Part shown: one piece after another, positions 18,801 through 33,044 of the stretch
Numbering within the stretch: position 1 is the stretch's first letter
Layout: each line of letters opens with the position of its first letter
From: the human T2T-CHM13v2.0 reference genome, Homo sapiens
Reading direction: 5' to 3' (one strand)
Assembly: GCF_009914755.1 (NCBI RefSeq)
Contig: NC_060928.1
DNA: 64,000 bases
Made by a program: the position numbers and the translations under genes
Notes under the pieces: generated by a model
What the model was told of the DNA's origin: nothing
Database searches by the model: none
What the model saw: the letters and a program-made list of their open reading frames with translations, nothing else

Positions 18801-19734
18801 GCCCCTGTGTTCCACCAGCCCTGATCACTCACCTCTCTATTGGGCACTCAACCACGAAACTCCATTCCCTTATTTCTGTTCTCCTCCTCTTTGTGACTTT
18901 AATACCAAAAGCTAAGATGGTGAATGATTGTAGAAGTCTATTGCGACGCCTAGACCGGAGGAGGTCTACTGAGATAATTATACTGTGGCCATCCTAACTC
19001 AGACCCCAATTCACAGCCTTAGGAATTCAGAAATCCAACATGTTTCTCTTCTTTGGTACTAATGAGGCCACAGTTGAGAAGCAGGACAAGGAGTTCTTTC
19101 AACAGAAAATGGGGGTTCAAGAGCTCGATAATTAGGAAATGGGGCCGAAATAGAGTTAGGGGTATAGAAGCTTTGATATGTGATTTAAAGGTTAGTAAAT
19201 AAAGCAAAGAGCTATCACCAAGGCTTCACTCTCCAAAAAGGAGAGTGAAGATGATAGTTCTTGGTTCGAACTCGGTAGTGGATGGAAGTGATGTTGAGTC
19301 TATTGGTGAGGAATATTTGTGAAGGGTAGCAGTTAGGCAAATAAGATAGAGTTCAACAAGAAAATTTTACATCTACTTATAAAAGACCAATAGAAATTTG
19401 GGAGCAAGGGAATTTGGAAAAGAATAAACAGTGGCATGAAGCTTTAATGGCAAAATTTTAAGCATAAGACAAACAGTACAGAAAACACTTCAAGACTCGT
19501 AGTTGCATCCTCAGGGTCCATGATTCAGAAGTTTAAATATCAAAATGTAGAATCAAACAGAAAAGGGAATAAAGAATCATACATCTTCAGGGTGTTTCAT
19601 CCAGATCCTGATAAGATATGATAAAATTATTATCTCCACTCTTAATAGTGGGATGTTCATATCCCCCAAAATAAAGTGTGTGGTCAATGAGCAAAGATCT
19701 CTTCCTCCCTTTATCTCTGAGATTATTTTTTAAA

Positions 19735-21780
19735 TAATTCCAACTTATATTGTAGATTCAGGGGGTACATGTGCAGGTTTGTTATGTTGGTATATTTTGT
19801 GATGTGAGGTTTGGGGCATGATGGTAATCCCATCATTCAGGTAGTGAGCATAGTACCAAATAGTTTTTCAATCCTTGTTTTCCTCCCTCCCCACTCTAGT
19901 AGTCTCCAATGTCCCATCTTTAAGTCCATGAGTATCAAATGTTTAGCTCCCACTTATAAGTGAGAACATGCAGTATTTGGTTTTCTATTTCTGCATTAAT
20001 TTGCAGTCCTCCAGATCATCCATGTTGCTACAAAGGATATGATTTTGTTCTTTTTTATGGCTTCATAGTATTCCATGGTCTATATGTACCACATTTTCTT
20101 TATCCAGTCCACCATTAATGAGCACCTGGGTTGATTCTTTGTCTTTACTATTGTGAGTAGTTCTGTGACGAACATAGGAGTGCAGGTATGTTTTGGGTAG
20201 AATTATTTGTTTTCTTTTGGACGATATACCCAGTAATGGAATTGCTGGGTGGAATGGTAGCTCTGTTTTAAGTTCTTTGAGAAATCTTCAGACTGCTTTC
20301 CACAGTGGCTGAACTAATTTACATTCCCACCAACAGTGTATAAGCACTCCTTTTCTCCACAGTTTCATCTGCATTTCTGTTATTTTTTGACTTTTTAATA
20401 ATAGCCATTCTCACTGGTGTAAGATAGTTCTCATTGTGGTTTTGATTTGTATTTCTCTAGTGATTAGTGATGTTGAGCTATTTTTCATGTTTGCTGGCTG
20501 CTTCTATGTCTTCTTTTGAGAAGAGACTGTTCATGTTTTTCATGTCTTTTCCCCACTTTATTTGTTTTTTGCTTGTTGATTTAAATTCCCTGTAGATTCC
20601 GGATATTAAATTTTTGTCAGATGCATAGTTAGCAAATATTTTCTCCCATTCTGTTGTTTTCTGTTTACCCTGTTAATAGTTTCTTTTTCTCTGCAGAAGC
20701 TCTTTAGTTTAATTCGGCTCTAGTTGTCAACTTTTGTTTTTGTTGCAATTGCTTTTGAGTACCTAGTCATAAATTATTTCCCAAGGCCAATATCTAGAAT
20801 GGTGTTTCTTAGGTTTTCTTCTAGGATTCTTATAGTTTGAGGTCTTACATTTAAATATTTAATCCATCATGAGTTAATTTTTTGTATATGGTGAAAGATA
20901 GGCATCCAGTTTTATTCTTCTGCTTATGGCTGGCCAGGTATCCCAGCACCATTTATTGAACAGGGAGTCCTTTCCCCGTTGCTTATTTTTGTCAACTGTG
21001 TCAAAGAGCAGATGGTTATAAATGTGCGGCTTTATTTCTGGGTTCTCTATTCTGTTCCAGTGGTTCATGTGCCTGCTTTTGTACCAGTCCCATGCCATTT
21101 TAGTTACTGTAGCCTTACAGTATGATTTGAAGTCAAGTAGGATGATGCCTCCAGTGTTGTTCTTTTTGCTTAGGATTATTTTGTTTGTCTGAGTTCTTTT
21201 ACGGTTTCATATGAATTTTAGAATAGTGTTTTCTATTCTGTGAAAAATGTCATTGGTAGTTTGATAGGAATAGCACTGAATCTATAAATTGCTTTGGGCA
21301 GTATGGCCATTTTCACAATATTCATTCTTCCAATCCACAGCAGGGAATATTTTTCTATTTGTGTCATCTGTGATTTCTTTCAGTAGTGATTTTTAGTGTC
21401 ACTTGTAGCGATGTTTCAACTCCTTGGTTAAATTTATTCATGGGTATTTATTTTTTTGTGTGGCTATTGGAAATGGGATTGTATTCTTGACTTGGCTCTC
21501 GGGTTGAACATTATTGGTGTATAGAAAGGCTACTGATCTTGTACATTGATGTTGCATCCTGAAACTTTACTAAAGTTGTCTATCAGGTCCAGGAGGCTTT
21601 CAAATAATCTTTAGGGTTTCTTAAGTGTAGAATAATATCATCAATAAAACGAGGTAATTTGATTTCTTCTTTTCCGATTTGGATGCCTTTTATTTCAAAA
21701 TGCTGATTGCTCTGGCTCGTATTTCCAGTACTATGTTGATTAGGATGGTGAGAGAGGGCACTCTTGTTTTGTTCCAGTTC
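19735..21780 (-). mobile_element. L1PA16/17-like 3' ~2 kb in the DEFB130 intron
   Basis: gattcagggggtacatgtgcagg 3' UTR; reverse ORFs [18 protein letters not shown] and IKGIQIGKEEIKL. Confidence 0.9.
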
Positions 21781-22249
21781 TGAGATTCTTTTAAGTGCAA
21801 TCAAAGCTACTCAATTGTTTGATCTTTACCTAATCTGTGGACATGTTGAGATCCACCTCACATATGATTGCCTCCTTCTGAAGGAGCTTATGCAATTCTC
21901 ATTTGGTTCTCAGCTTTGGTCAGAAGATACAATTGAGGCCAGACACACTTGTAGTGACATGAGATATGAAATTATATGATGGTAATAATTTCAAATTAAA
22001 GTAAAATTTAGCGGCAATTGTTTTTATTTTAGATAATAAAACCCATGTACAGATAAAGAATGTGATTTTACTCAGATCACATAGGTAGTAGCAACATTGC
22101 AGCTAAAAGCAAATCTCTTTAATCTGGGTCAATGTGGTTTTTAATCAATCCGTAGGTGTAGATATGCATACAAAAATGATAACTCTGATTTCTGCCAGAC
22201 TTTTTTCTCAAAATCTTCTAATTATATATTGAGGAAACTAAGGAGGTTT

Positions 22250-22575
22250 TCTGCTATATATGACAGAATGGATGAACCTGGAGGACATTATGCTAAATGA
22301 AATAAGCCAGTCACAGAAGACAAATACTGCATGATTGCACTTATACGAGGTACCTAAAATAGTCAAACTCATGGAAACAGGTAGCAGAATGGTGGTTTCC
22401 AGGGACTGGGGAGGGAGGAGGAAATAGGGAGTTGCTATTTAATGAGTAAAAGTTTTCAGTTTTATTAGATGAATAAGCTCTAAATATCAACTGTACAATA
22501 TTATATCTATAGCATTTAAAAATTTCTTAAGAAGGTAGATCTCACTTTAAGTGTTATTACCACAATAAAATAAAA
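22250..22575 (+). mobile_element. L1MA/MB 3' end
   Basis: ggatgaacctggaggacattatgctaaatgaaataagccagtcacag...gtagatctc...cacaataaaa. Confidence 0.8.
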
Positions 22576-25404
22576 GATGAAGAACAAGAGGTTATTTGAG
22601 GTTGAAAGCTGAGTTAATCTCCCCACAAATATGACAAGAATCCTTCAGAGGCCTGCCTTTCAAGCCGTGTCATCTTCCTGCAGGAATAGAAATATCAGCC
22701 CTTCTTTGTTCCTTCCAAATCTGTTATACCAGGAAGAAGGATTAAATGAAGGTCCTATAATTCTGCACAGGAGGGAATCACTTTTGAATATCCAGGTTTC
22801 TTGTGATCAGAGGATATTAAAACCATACATAAAGGTCAAAATACCTTAGTTTTGCATATTGAGATGTTCTTGGACACATTATGAAGTGGGACCCAGAACA
22901 CTCAGGTCGAAAATTAGGAATTTCATTATCAGTTTTGTATGGTCTCTTAGTAATGAATAGTTAATTGCTGAGCTGTCTATACAATTTAATATTACTGCAC
23001 TCCAAAAATTCTGATCTTAATTTCTACTGTGACTGTTGGGTATGTAGAATTTATCAGCTGTCTAGAAGCATTCTGATAATCTTAGATATTTTATAACTCC
23101 TATATAACTTTTAACTGATAAAATTTATTTTAAGAAAAATTGAGTGGCTAGATCATGAAGAGTTTTGTTAAAGACATTTTTATACCAAAAAAATCCAATT
23201 TAGTAAAAAAAGTTATTTTCATGAAAAAATTTCTCCAAAGAAACTACATAATCTGAAATATTAGTTTATCAGCTTAATGTCTGATGAATATTAAGTTATA
23301 GCTACTTGAATATATGTTTTTATATATCCTTATATTTATTCCAAGAAGAATCCATGGTATCTTATAAAAAGTTGGAATAGCTCATATAGATTTACATGTA
23401 CACACAAACATACATATAAATGCTGCGAATATGAGTCTAAAGTGATTAGAATGGCATAAATCTTGAATTGCTGCATTAGCTCTCTGAGAATTAAGAAAAT
23501 TATAGCATTCTTCTTACACTGACTGTGGAGAATAACATAATATCTAAATACACGACATTGGACAGGAGCAGAAGTCAGCTTGAACTCACATTATGTAGAG
23601 AAAAGGAAACTGCACTTCTATTTTTTGATTGATAAAGTTCCAGGAAGAGCCTGTTCCATTTAAATCCTCTACATCACCCAAAAAAGAACTTAAAAGTTAC
23701 TGACTCAATGAGTTCTAATGCTAAGAAAGTTATATCCTTTTAGAAAGTAGATGAATGCGCTATTAAGGGTCTTTTCCAGTGTGATTCTAAGTCCTTCTCA
23801 CTGCATCCACAGAAATTAATGTTGTGATATAATATGAAGTGAACATCTAAATTGTTTCTTTTTCCAAAGGCACTTATTAAATATGCATCCTTTCCTCAAC
23901 TGCCATGCGATATAACCATTATAACATATTAATGTCAAATAAATTCTAAAGTGTATTAGAGAGTACCTCTCTTCTTTTGCTCTATATGTATATACTTCTG
24001 TCAATAAGTCTGAAAATAAATGTGAATATCTGGGAAGAAATTTCCTTCCTCATGAATGAGGAATATGAATCTGAATATGAATTAAGTAATTTAATCTTAT
24101 CTTTTTGACTTAAACTAGTGCCCTTGGCATGACGATATGTCACAGTCATCGGTAAAAAGGGAGATTATAACTCTTTGGCTTCATGCTCAAAGCATACCTC
24201 CTTAAATTAAGCTTCCCATGTAGCAAGAAGCACATCACTGGTAGGATGAATTGTTCCACTCCTTTTGAGTGAAGCAAGGGACATCTCCCAAATAGAGGAA
24301 TTGGCACTGTCTTAGGCTACATGCTGTGTCAGTAGGCTGAACTTTACAGTATAGTGAGTTACGCATCCTACTGAGAGGAAGTTCACTCTTTTGGCTTCAG
24401 CTGAAGATTCACATTTCACCTCATTTTGCATGGGATGCCTCTAAGTTCACATTCATAGGCCTCCTTGATGCCATACTCTGCCTCTTACTATATCTTTCCC
24501 AGTACTAATAACCCCCGATTTTAGCTTCATTTAAAAAGTCTGGCAATGTTGCCAGATGTTAAATGTATGGATGAAGTTATCAGGGAAAAGACCAACAGCT
24601 AGCAACAGGTTTGCTATGCTTCTCAGCATGAAGCCTGTGTTCTGTGTAGACAATGCAGTTGAACCAGCGCCTTCCACAACTGGCTGGGGAGACTTCAGGT
24701 CTCTCTCTGAAAGGCAACCACTTTCTCTTCCACAATAGTCTTGGAAAAAAGAGAGAATATTACAAGATATTACCCAACTCCCCCATCATGATATTCTCTT
24801 GCTGCACAGAAACCCTGAGTTTATGAACTGCTAGTCTGATAGTAGAGTATAATACCAGACTGCACTAGGTTGAAGCTTCTAACAAGAGTGGAAGACAATC
24901 TTGCATAGGTTATGAGCACTCAGTTCCAAAAGGCTGCATTGGTTTTTCTGGCTATGGATCTATTTCTACAGAGCAGAGAAACAATAATGATAGCCTCGTT
25001 TAAATACAAAACAATAACAAACAACAACAAAAAGATTGAGAGCTGAAAAGGCCACCAAACTGTTACTCATCTACAGAAGTAAAGAAACCAGACGTAGTAT
25101 ATTAGAGGACAGTAAAAACAAAATAAGATCCAGGTGTGTTAACAGGATGGTTCAGGAACTAATGTCTGTTAATGAACATCAGCAAAAGTGTTTTTCTTAT
25201 ATAACATCTGCAGTGATATAGAGTAGGAAAAATATACTATGGTTGTGCTGAGAAGGCAAGAGAAAGGATAGTAAGCATAGAGAAAACTACTGAATTAGAG
25301 CACACCCTTAGCCATATGCTTCTCAACAACCAGATGAATTAAGAGAACATGTGGATACACTTAAGGGAAAATACCTTTTAGCTCTGTGAGTAATTCTCCC
25401 CAGG

Positions 25405-25406
<2 letters not shown>

Positions 25407-25464
<58 letters not shown>

Positions 25465-25482
25465 CATCCCTCCATCTATCTA
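25407..25482 (+). repeat. Compound tetranucleotide microsatellite [TCTG]4[TCTA]10 TCCA TCCC TCCA [TCTA]2
   Basis: Read directly from the sequence. Confidence 0.95.
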
Positions 25483-27698
25483 TGAGGTATTGAGCAACAT
25501 AGGAAAGGTATTTCTTACATAGTCCTGAAATGAGGAAATTAGTTTAGATAAAATCTCAAGGATTGATAGGCTTTCTATGAAAGGAGATGAAGATATGAAC
25601 ATGAACCATTTGATAGGGATGATGTATGCACAGATGGGAATTTGGAGGGACAAATACTTCCTTTGAAACTGTTTCTTAGTGGTGGCATTGTTGGTGTTTG
25701 GTGCAAGACAATTCCTTAGGTGAAAAATTTAGCAATGCTGTGCTATCTGCTAAATACCAAAGACACCTTCCCTAGGCATGGTGGCAAGAACAAATTGTCC
25801 CACACATTTCAAAATGTACATGCTAGGGGATGACAATCCCTCTAAAGGATTTTAGAAATTGGCCTATTTCCTCCAAGGTGTATATAATCTACAATCTTAG
25901 CTCCCTTCCCATAAAAAGGCACTATTTCTCTCTACTGGTCTGATCCTTTCATATAGACAATGTTTTCTTTGTTATCCCAAAGCCATTCTTCTGGGTGTTT
26001 ATTGTTTTATGTATATTTTCAATAGTGAATTATGATGTTTTTAAATCTCTTCCTGTGTAGGAAAGACTGGCGTTATTCCAGGACAAAAACAGTGTATTGC
26101 TTTGAAAGGCGTGTGCAGAGACAAACTATGCAGCACACTAGATGATACCATTGGTATATGTAATGAAGGAAAAAAATGTTGTAGAAGGTGGTGGATACTT
26201 GAGCCTTATCCAACTCCAGTTCCCAAAGGAAAATCTCCTTAGCTGGGAGCAAACATTAAGCCCTTTGAACTCTAGAATGGATGGATAAGTTTTGCAGACT
26301 CCTGTTTAATCCAATGTCTTATTCTTCCTTGACTGGAAATAAATGTTGTCCTAATCCCACATGTACTGACTGCCTCCTGTAGCATTTCTTCTTGATGCAC
26401 ATGCAAGCCTCTTAAGAACTATAAGAATAAAATAAATAACAGAAGAATCTCATACCCTACAGGTACTTACAAAAAATATGTTTCTAAGAAAAAAAGATTA
26501 AAATGTTAAATATGTAAAACAGTAAGAATATGAAGTATCAGTGGGCAGTGTTTGATTATTTGAAGTGCAATGTCAGTCTTCTTCCTCATCCAGTTCTGAA
26601 CAAATATCATTTTCATTACTAATAGAGACCTACTTAGATAATATGGGTTAAAGCCTGCTAATCATGTAACCTTGCTAACATTGCACCTGAGAATTAGGCG
26701 CAAGACCATTCCAGTCATTCCAGCACTTGAAGCAGGGCTCCCCTCTACTGCCCCCTGCCCCTAGAGAAGTAGAAAAGAAGACCTGCTTTCTACAAGTAGC
26801 CTCACTAGGAGAAGCTGTAGAGCTGAAGAGTTGCTAACTCAGCATGCCTGGTTAGTTCTTTCCAAACTCTCCATCAGATAACTCCATTTCCTGGGGCCAA
26901 GAAAATTAAAGGGCAGGGAGGATACCAGGAGTATGACATGGCATGAGTGTCACAAAGGTGGAAAACATCTAGAATGAGGCCAAATTACCCCACAAACAAA
27001 ATTCAAGAGTTCGTATTTTTTTAACCACAGAGCTTATGGTCAATGAATCAGGGGAGGATGGGTTATCTCCCTATGCAGAGGAGATGTCAGGAGTCTATTA
27101 AAATAACTTTAAACTCATCTTCATGGATCTGTTTCTTCAATACTAGTCACTACTTTTTCTATATCTTCTCAGAATCACTCATGAACGGCATGTTACTCTG
27201 AGATCAGATTCTAAGCTAATCTCAGAATAATACACTAATACAATTTTTACCATATACATCTTACATATAGCTGAAAATTTACATCTTCTCTTCTTTGTCA
27301 TCTTAAGTTATGTGCCACTACATTATCCAGTGTAGCACATTAGAGATTCTTTGATAATTAAATGACATTAAGAGACTTTAAAAGTCATAAATACCCTCCT
27401 ATATTAAAATGCTAAAAAAGAAAAATTTCCCACATTTGAATATAAACAAGTGTTCTTATAAAATTTCTAGGCATAAATTGAAGTTCAAAGATTGAATCTC
27501 TTCTATCTCTATGTTAAAGCCCAAAGACATTACAATCCAAATGAATTACTGCCTGAAATGAAATTATCTTTCCCTTGTTAAGTCCAAATTTTTCTATTAA
27601 ATGTAAGCAAAAAAAAAAAAGTCATCACTCATTTCTTATTCTCCGTCTTAGTGAATTAGTGAAAGTTTCTTCAGCGACTTGACATTGAATTAATATAA

Positions 27699-28022
<324 letters not shown>

Positions 28023-28122
28023 TCGACAGAACGTTTTTTATATCTGAGCAAGAAGAAAAAACAGGTAAGGGAAATGAAAAAGATAAGGAACAAAAAGAAT
28101 CAGTCCAGAAAATCTAATTTCT

Positions 28123-28195
28123 TTTTTTTTTTAAGTGAAAGTTTATTAAGAAAGTAAAGGAATAAAAGAATGGCTATTCCATAGGCAGAGGAGCC
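28123..28195 (-). mobile_element. 73-bp polyadenylated retrocopy of an ERV1 LTR (MER51/MER57-like) R region
   Basis: - strand reads ggctcctctgcctatggaatagccattcttttattcctttactttcttAATAAActttcactt plus A-tail; TSD tctaatttct at 28113-28122 and 28196-28205. Confidence 0.7.
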
Positions 28196-28315
28196 TCTAA
28201 TTTCTAATCCTGATTGTTTTTCTTAATTTTCTTTTGGATAATACTCTCGATTTTACCATACAATATTGGCCATTTAATAAAGAAGTTCAGGGACAGACAA
28301 TACAATATAAAGTAG

Positions 28316-28547
28316 AGCGATGTGTCTGATCTCCAGCACTGTCAACATTTTGAGAAGAACAATTTTTTTTTTTGCTGTGGGGAGCTTTCCTGTATATTGT
28401 AGGATGTTTAGCAGCCTCTCTTGCCTCTAAAACATTTCTCCCACCTGTGACCAAAAAATAAACAAATAAACAAACAAACAAATAAAAATCTCTACACATT
28501 ACTAAAAGTCCTCTGAGGGCAACATTGTCCCTAGTTGAAAACCACTA
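28316..28547 (+). mobile_element. MER20 (hAT-Charlie) DNA transposon
   Basis: cagcactgtcaacatttt...gctgtggggagctttcctgtatattgtaggatgtttagcagc...ctagttgaaaaccact. Confidence 0.8.
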
Positions 28548-29076
28548 TAGTAAAGAAATTATCAGTTAAAGTTGAAAGTAAATAGGAGTTAGAAAATTCA
28601 CTCAAGTAGAGACCTTTGTCTGTAAACTTTCAAAAAGTAAGACAGCTTCACATATAAAATAATAGATCAGAAAAGTCTTCTGACAATCCAAAGATGAATT
28701 ATGTCTCTTTATCTGAAAGATATAGATCTAGAGATAACCCTTTGTTTTTTTTACTGCTGTGCTAGTTGTTATAAATACCTGACCATATCTTAACCATTGA
28801 GATTTTAGGGCAATATTGCTCTGATATCTCATCCAGAGGTGCAGAAATCCACGTTTTAGGGACATTTAAAAGATTTCTGGGAAAAGGCTGTCTGTGCCTT
28901 TTGATAGTAAGACTGGGTGAATTACATGCAATCTGTTGGAATACTTGACTATATCTTCTGGAAAAGGCCATGTTTACTGTATACAATGATATGATTCTGT
29001 GCATGGAACATATTATATTGATACTAATTTATGAGGGCATAGTTGATAAACCCCAAAGGAGTTAATTTTATTGTTA

Positions 29077-29445
<369 letters not shown>

Positions 29446-31644
29446 TCATTTTGTTCTTTCTATCTTTCTGGAAAATTTGATATGATCGAGACAATAGAGT
29501 TTCTGAATAAATGGCAAGTCACAAAAATATTAGAAAATAGTCCAAGTAAAATGGATTTTACTATCACTAGAAAAAGATTGCAATTTCCATATTCAAAATA
29601 CAAAATAAATTATTTTTGCTGCTGTAAGAACCATAGCTCATATAACCTTGAAAGGTTTTTATATTAGATGTAAAGTAGTATGGCACCCAATGATAGACTG
29701 TGATGGGTTAAAGAGCAATACTATGAACACTAAAGCAACTCTTAAATAACACAACAGTTTAATAAGAAAAAAATTGAATAATCACAATGACCCAACTACT
29801 TGAAAAAAAAAAGAAAAAGAAATCAAAGAACAAATGAAACAGAACATCTGTAAGATGGCTAAGTAGAAGGTCCCCAGCCTTCATCCACCCACAGAACACT
29901 GATTTGGCAACCATCCCTGGATAAAATGTCTTTGTGGGAACATCAGGACCCAGTCAGGAGCTCATGAAAACCCACTAGAGCCCAAGACCAAAGAAAACTG
30001 CTTTGAGAAGGCAGGCCCATGCCCCTGGGAGTAGGCTCACCAATCATAGACCTGGCCATGAGCACAGAAACACCGCCATCTGCCTGTGGACCCTGCTGCA
30101 GCCCTGCTTACATGTGGTTCCAGATGCAGCCTCAAAAGTCATTCCCAAAAGCCATTCAGGAGCAGGTTGTTTAATTTCCATGTAATTGTATGGTTTTTAG
30201 TGATTTTCCTAATATTTATTTCTATTTTTATTGGGATGTGGTCAGAGAGTGTGGTTGGTATAATTTCGAGTTTTTTGAATTTGCTGAATATTGTTTTATG
30301 GCCAATCACATGGTTGATTTTAGAGTGTGCACCATGTGCACATGAGAAGAATGTGTATTCTGTTGTTGGGTGGACTGTTCTGTAGATGTCTTTTAGGTCC
30401 ATTTAGTCAAGTGTTGAGTTAGGGCCTACATATCTTTGTTAGTTTTCTCTCTCAATGATCTGTCAAATGCTGTCAGTGAGGTGTTGAAGTCTCCCACTAC
30501 TACTGTGTGGTTATCTAAGTCTTTTTGTAGGTGCCTAATAACTTGGTTTATGAATTTGCGCACACTTGTCTTGGGTGCATATATATTTAAGATAGCTAAG
30601 TCTTCTTGTTGAATTGAACCCTTTACCATTATGTAATGCCCTTCTTTGTCTATCTCTATCTTTGTTGGCTTAAAGTCTGTTTTGTCTGAAATTAGAATGG
30701 CAACCCCTGCTTTTTTGTTTCCCATTTGCTTGGCAGATCTTTCTTTGAGTCTTTACTTTGAGCCTATGTGTGATGAATCTCACATGCAATGACACTGAAG
30801 ACAGCATACAGTTGGGGCTTGCTTCTTCATCCAACTTGCCACTTTGTGCCTTTTAAGTAGGGCATTTAGTCCATTTATGTTCAAGGTTAATATTGCTATG
30901 TGTGGAGTTGATCTTGTTATTGTGTTGTTAGCTGGTTATTATGCAGACTTCATTGTGTGTTGCTCTATAGTGTCAATATCTATGTAATTAATTGTGTTTC
31001 GTGGTGGCTGGTACTCTTTCATTTCCATATTTAGCACTCCCTTAAGGACTTCTGGTAAGGCATGTCTGATGGTAACAAATTTCCTTAGCATTTGCTTTTC
31101 TGAAAAGGATTTTATTTCTCCTTTGCTTGTAAAGTTTAGTTTAGATGGATATAAAATTCTTGGTTGGGATTTCTTGTCTTTAAGAATGCTGAATGTAGGC
31201 CCACAATCTCTTCTGGCTTATAGAGTTTCAGCTTAACAGTCCACTGTTAGCCTGATGGGATTCCCTTTATGGGTTACCTGCTCCTTTTCTCTAGCTGCCT
31301 TTAATACTTTTTCTTTCATGTCGACCTTGGAGAATCTGATGACATATGTCTAGGGGATGGTTGTCTTGTGTAGTATCTTGCAGGCATTCCCTGCATTTCC
31401 TAAATTTGAATCAACCTCTCTAGTGAGGTTGGGGAAATTTTTATGGAAGATATCCTCAAATATGTTTCCCAAGTTGTTTGCTTTCTCTCCTGCTCTTTCA
31501 GGGATGCCAGTGAGTCATATATCTGGTCGCTTTACATAATTCCATATTTCTCAGAGGTTTGTTCATTTTTTGAATTCTTTTTTCTTTATTTTTGTCTAAC
31601 TGAACAAGCCTTCAATCTCTGAGATTCTTCCCTCAGCATGGCCT

Positions 31645-32116
31645 ATTTTTTTTTATTATTATTAGACTTTAAATTCTAGGGTACATGTGCACAACGTGCA
31701 GGTTTGTTACATATGTATACATGGGCCATGCTGGTGTGCTGCACCCATTAACTCGTAATTTACACTAGGTATATCTCCTAATGCTATCCCTCCCCCCTCC
31801 CATTACCCCATGACAAGCCTCAATGTGTGATGTTCCCCTTCCTGTGTCCAAGTGCTCTCATTGTTCAATTCCCACCTATGAGTGAGAACATGTGGTGTTT
31901 GGTTTTCTGTCCTTGGGATAGTTTGCTGATAATGACGGTTTCCAGCTTCATCCATGTCCCTACAAAGGACACAGAGTCATCTTTTTCTTATGGCTGCATA
32001 ATATTCCATGGTGGATGTGTGCCACATTTTCTTAACCCAGTCTATCACTGAGGGGCATTTGGGTTGGTTCCAAGTCTTGCTATTGTGAATAGTGCTGCAA
32101 TAAACATACGTGTGCA
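31645..32116 (-). mobile_element. Younger 5'-truncated L1PA (~PA4-6) insertion
   Basis: L1PA 3' UTR tagggtacatgtgcacaacgtgcagg...; TSD tcagcatggcctatttt on both sides. Confidence 0.9.
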
Positions 32117-32492
32117 TCAGCATGGCCTATTTTGCTGTTAATACTTGTGATTGTATTATTAAATTCTCATAGCGAGTTTTTCATATCTATCAGATCAGTT
32201 TTGTTCTTTCTTAAAAGGGCTATTTTGTCTTTCAACTCATAACGTTTTATTAGATTCCTTAGATTCCTTGAATTTGGTTTCAACTTTCTCCTGAATCTCG
32301 ATGATCTTCATTCCTATCTTGATTCTAAATTATATGTCTGTCATTTCAGCCCAGTTAAGAACCATTGCTGAGGAACTACTGCAGTCCCTTGAAGGTAAGA
32401 AGACACTCTGGCTTTTTGAGTTACCAGAGTTCTTGTGCTGCTTCTTTTTAATCTGTGTAGACTGATGTTTCTTTAACTTTGGTGTTGCTGTC

Positions 32493-32825
32493 TGTATTAA
32501 TCTGTTCTCAAACTGGTAATAAAGACATACCAGAGACTGGGTAATTTATAAGGAAAGAGGTTTCATTTGCTCACAATTCCACATTGTTAGGCTGGGGAGG
32601 CCTAACAGTCATGGCAAATGAGGAGCAAAATTACGTCTTACGTGGTGTCAGGCAAGAGAGTTTGTGCAGGGGAATTCTCATTTATAAAATCATCAGATCT
32701 CATGAGAGCTCACTCATGGGGGAACCACCCCCATGATTAAGTTATCTCCATCTGGTCCTGCCCTTGACACATGGGGATTTATTCAAGGTGACATTTGGGT
32801 GGGGACACAGAGCCAAACCATATCA
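32493..32825 (-). mobile_element. THE1 (MaLR) solo LTR
   Basis: tgtattaatctgttctc...gagactgggtaatttata...ggggacacagagccaaaccatatca; 5-bp TSD ctgtc. Confidence 0.92.
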
Positions 32826-33044
32826 CTGTCCTTTGGATGGGGTTTTTGCTCTTATATTCTTTGACACCTTTGACGGTTTGATTGTGGAATAAGGTGGGTT
32901 CCGTTGACTGGCTTCATTTCTGGGAAACTTCTGGGGGCCAAGGCTCAGCTCATTACTCCTGGACTGTGTGCCCTAATCCTGGGAAGCTGGTACCAGGCTC
33001 CTGGCTTTGTTCTCTTGTCCCTTGAGGTGAGAAACCTGCTGAAC

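Larger units (their letters stand above)
18854..26242 (+). pseudogene. DEFB130D: Beta-defensin 130 pseudogene; exon 1 18854-18911, exon 2 26061-26242
   Basis: Exon 1 encodes (T)KLHSLISVLLLFVTLIPK-G with ACG in place of ATG and CTAAG in place of the GTAAG donor. Exon 2 follows a good acceptor (ctcttcctgtgtag) and reads KTGVIPGQKQCIALKGVCRDKLCSTLDDTIGICNEGKKCCRRWWILEPYPTPVPKGKSP*, six-Cys motif C-x6-C-x4-C-x9-C-x5-CC. AATAAA at 26338-26343. Paralog letter inferred from locus. Confidence 0.9.

Noticed and set aside
27197-27235. Imperfect hairpin ttactctgagatcag...ctaatctcagaataa
   Set aside because: 15-bp stem with two mismatches in AT-rich DNA; plausible by chance and no RNA-family signature.
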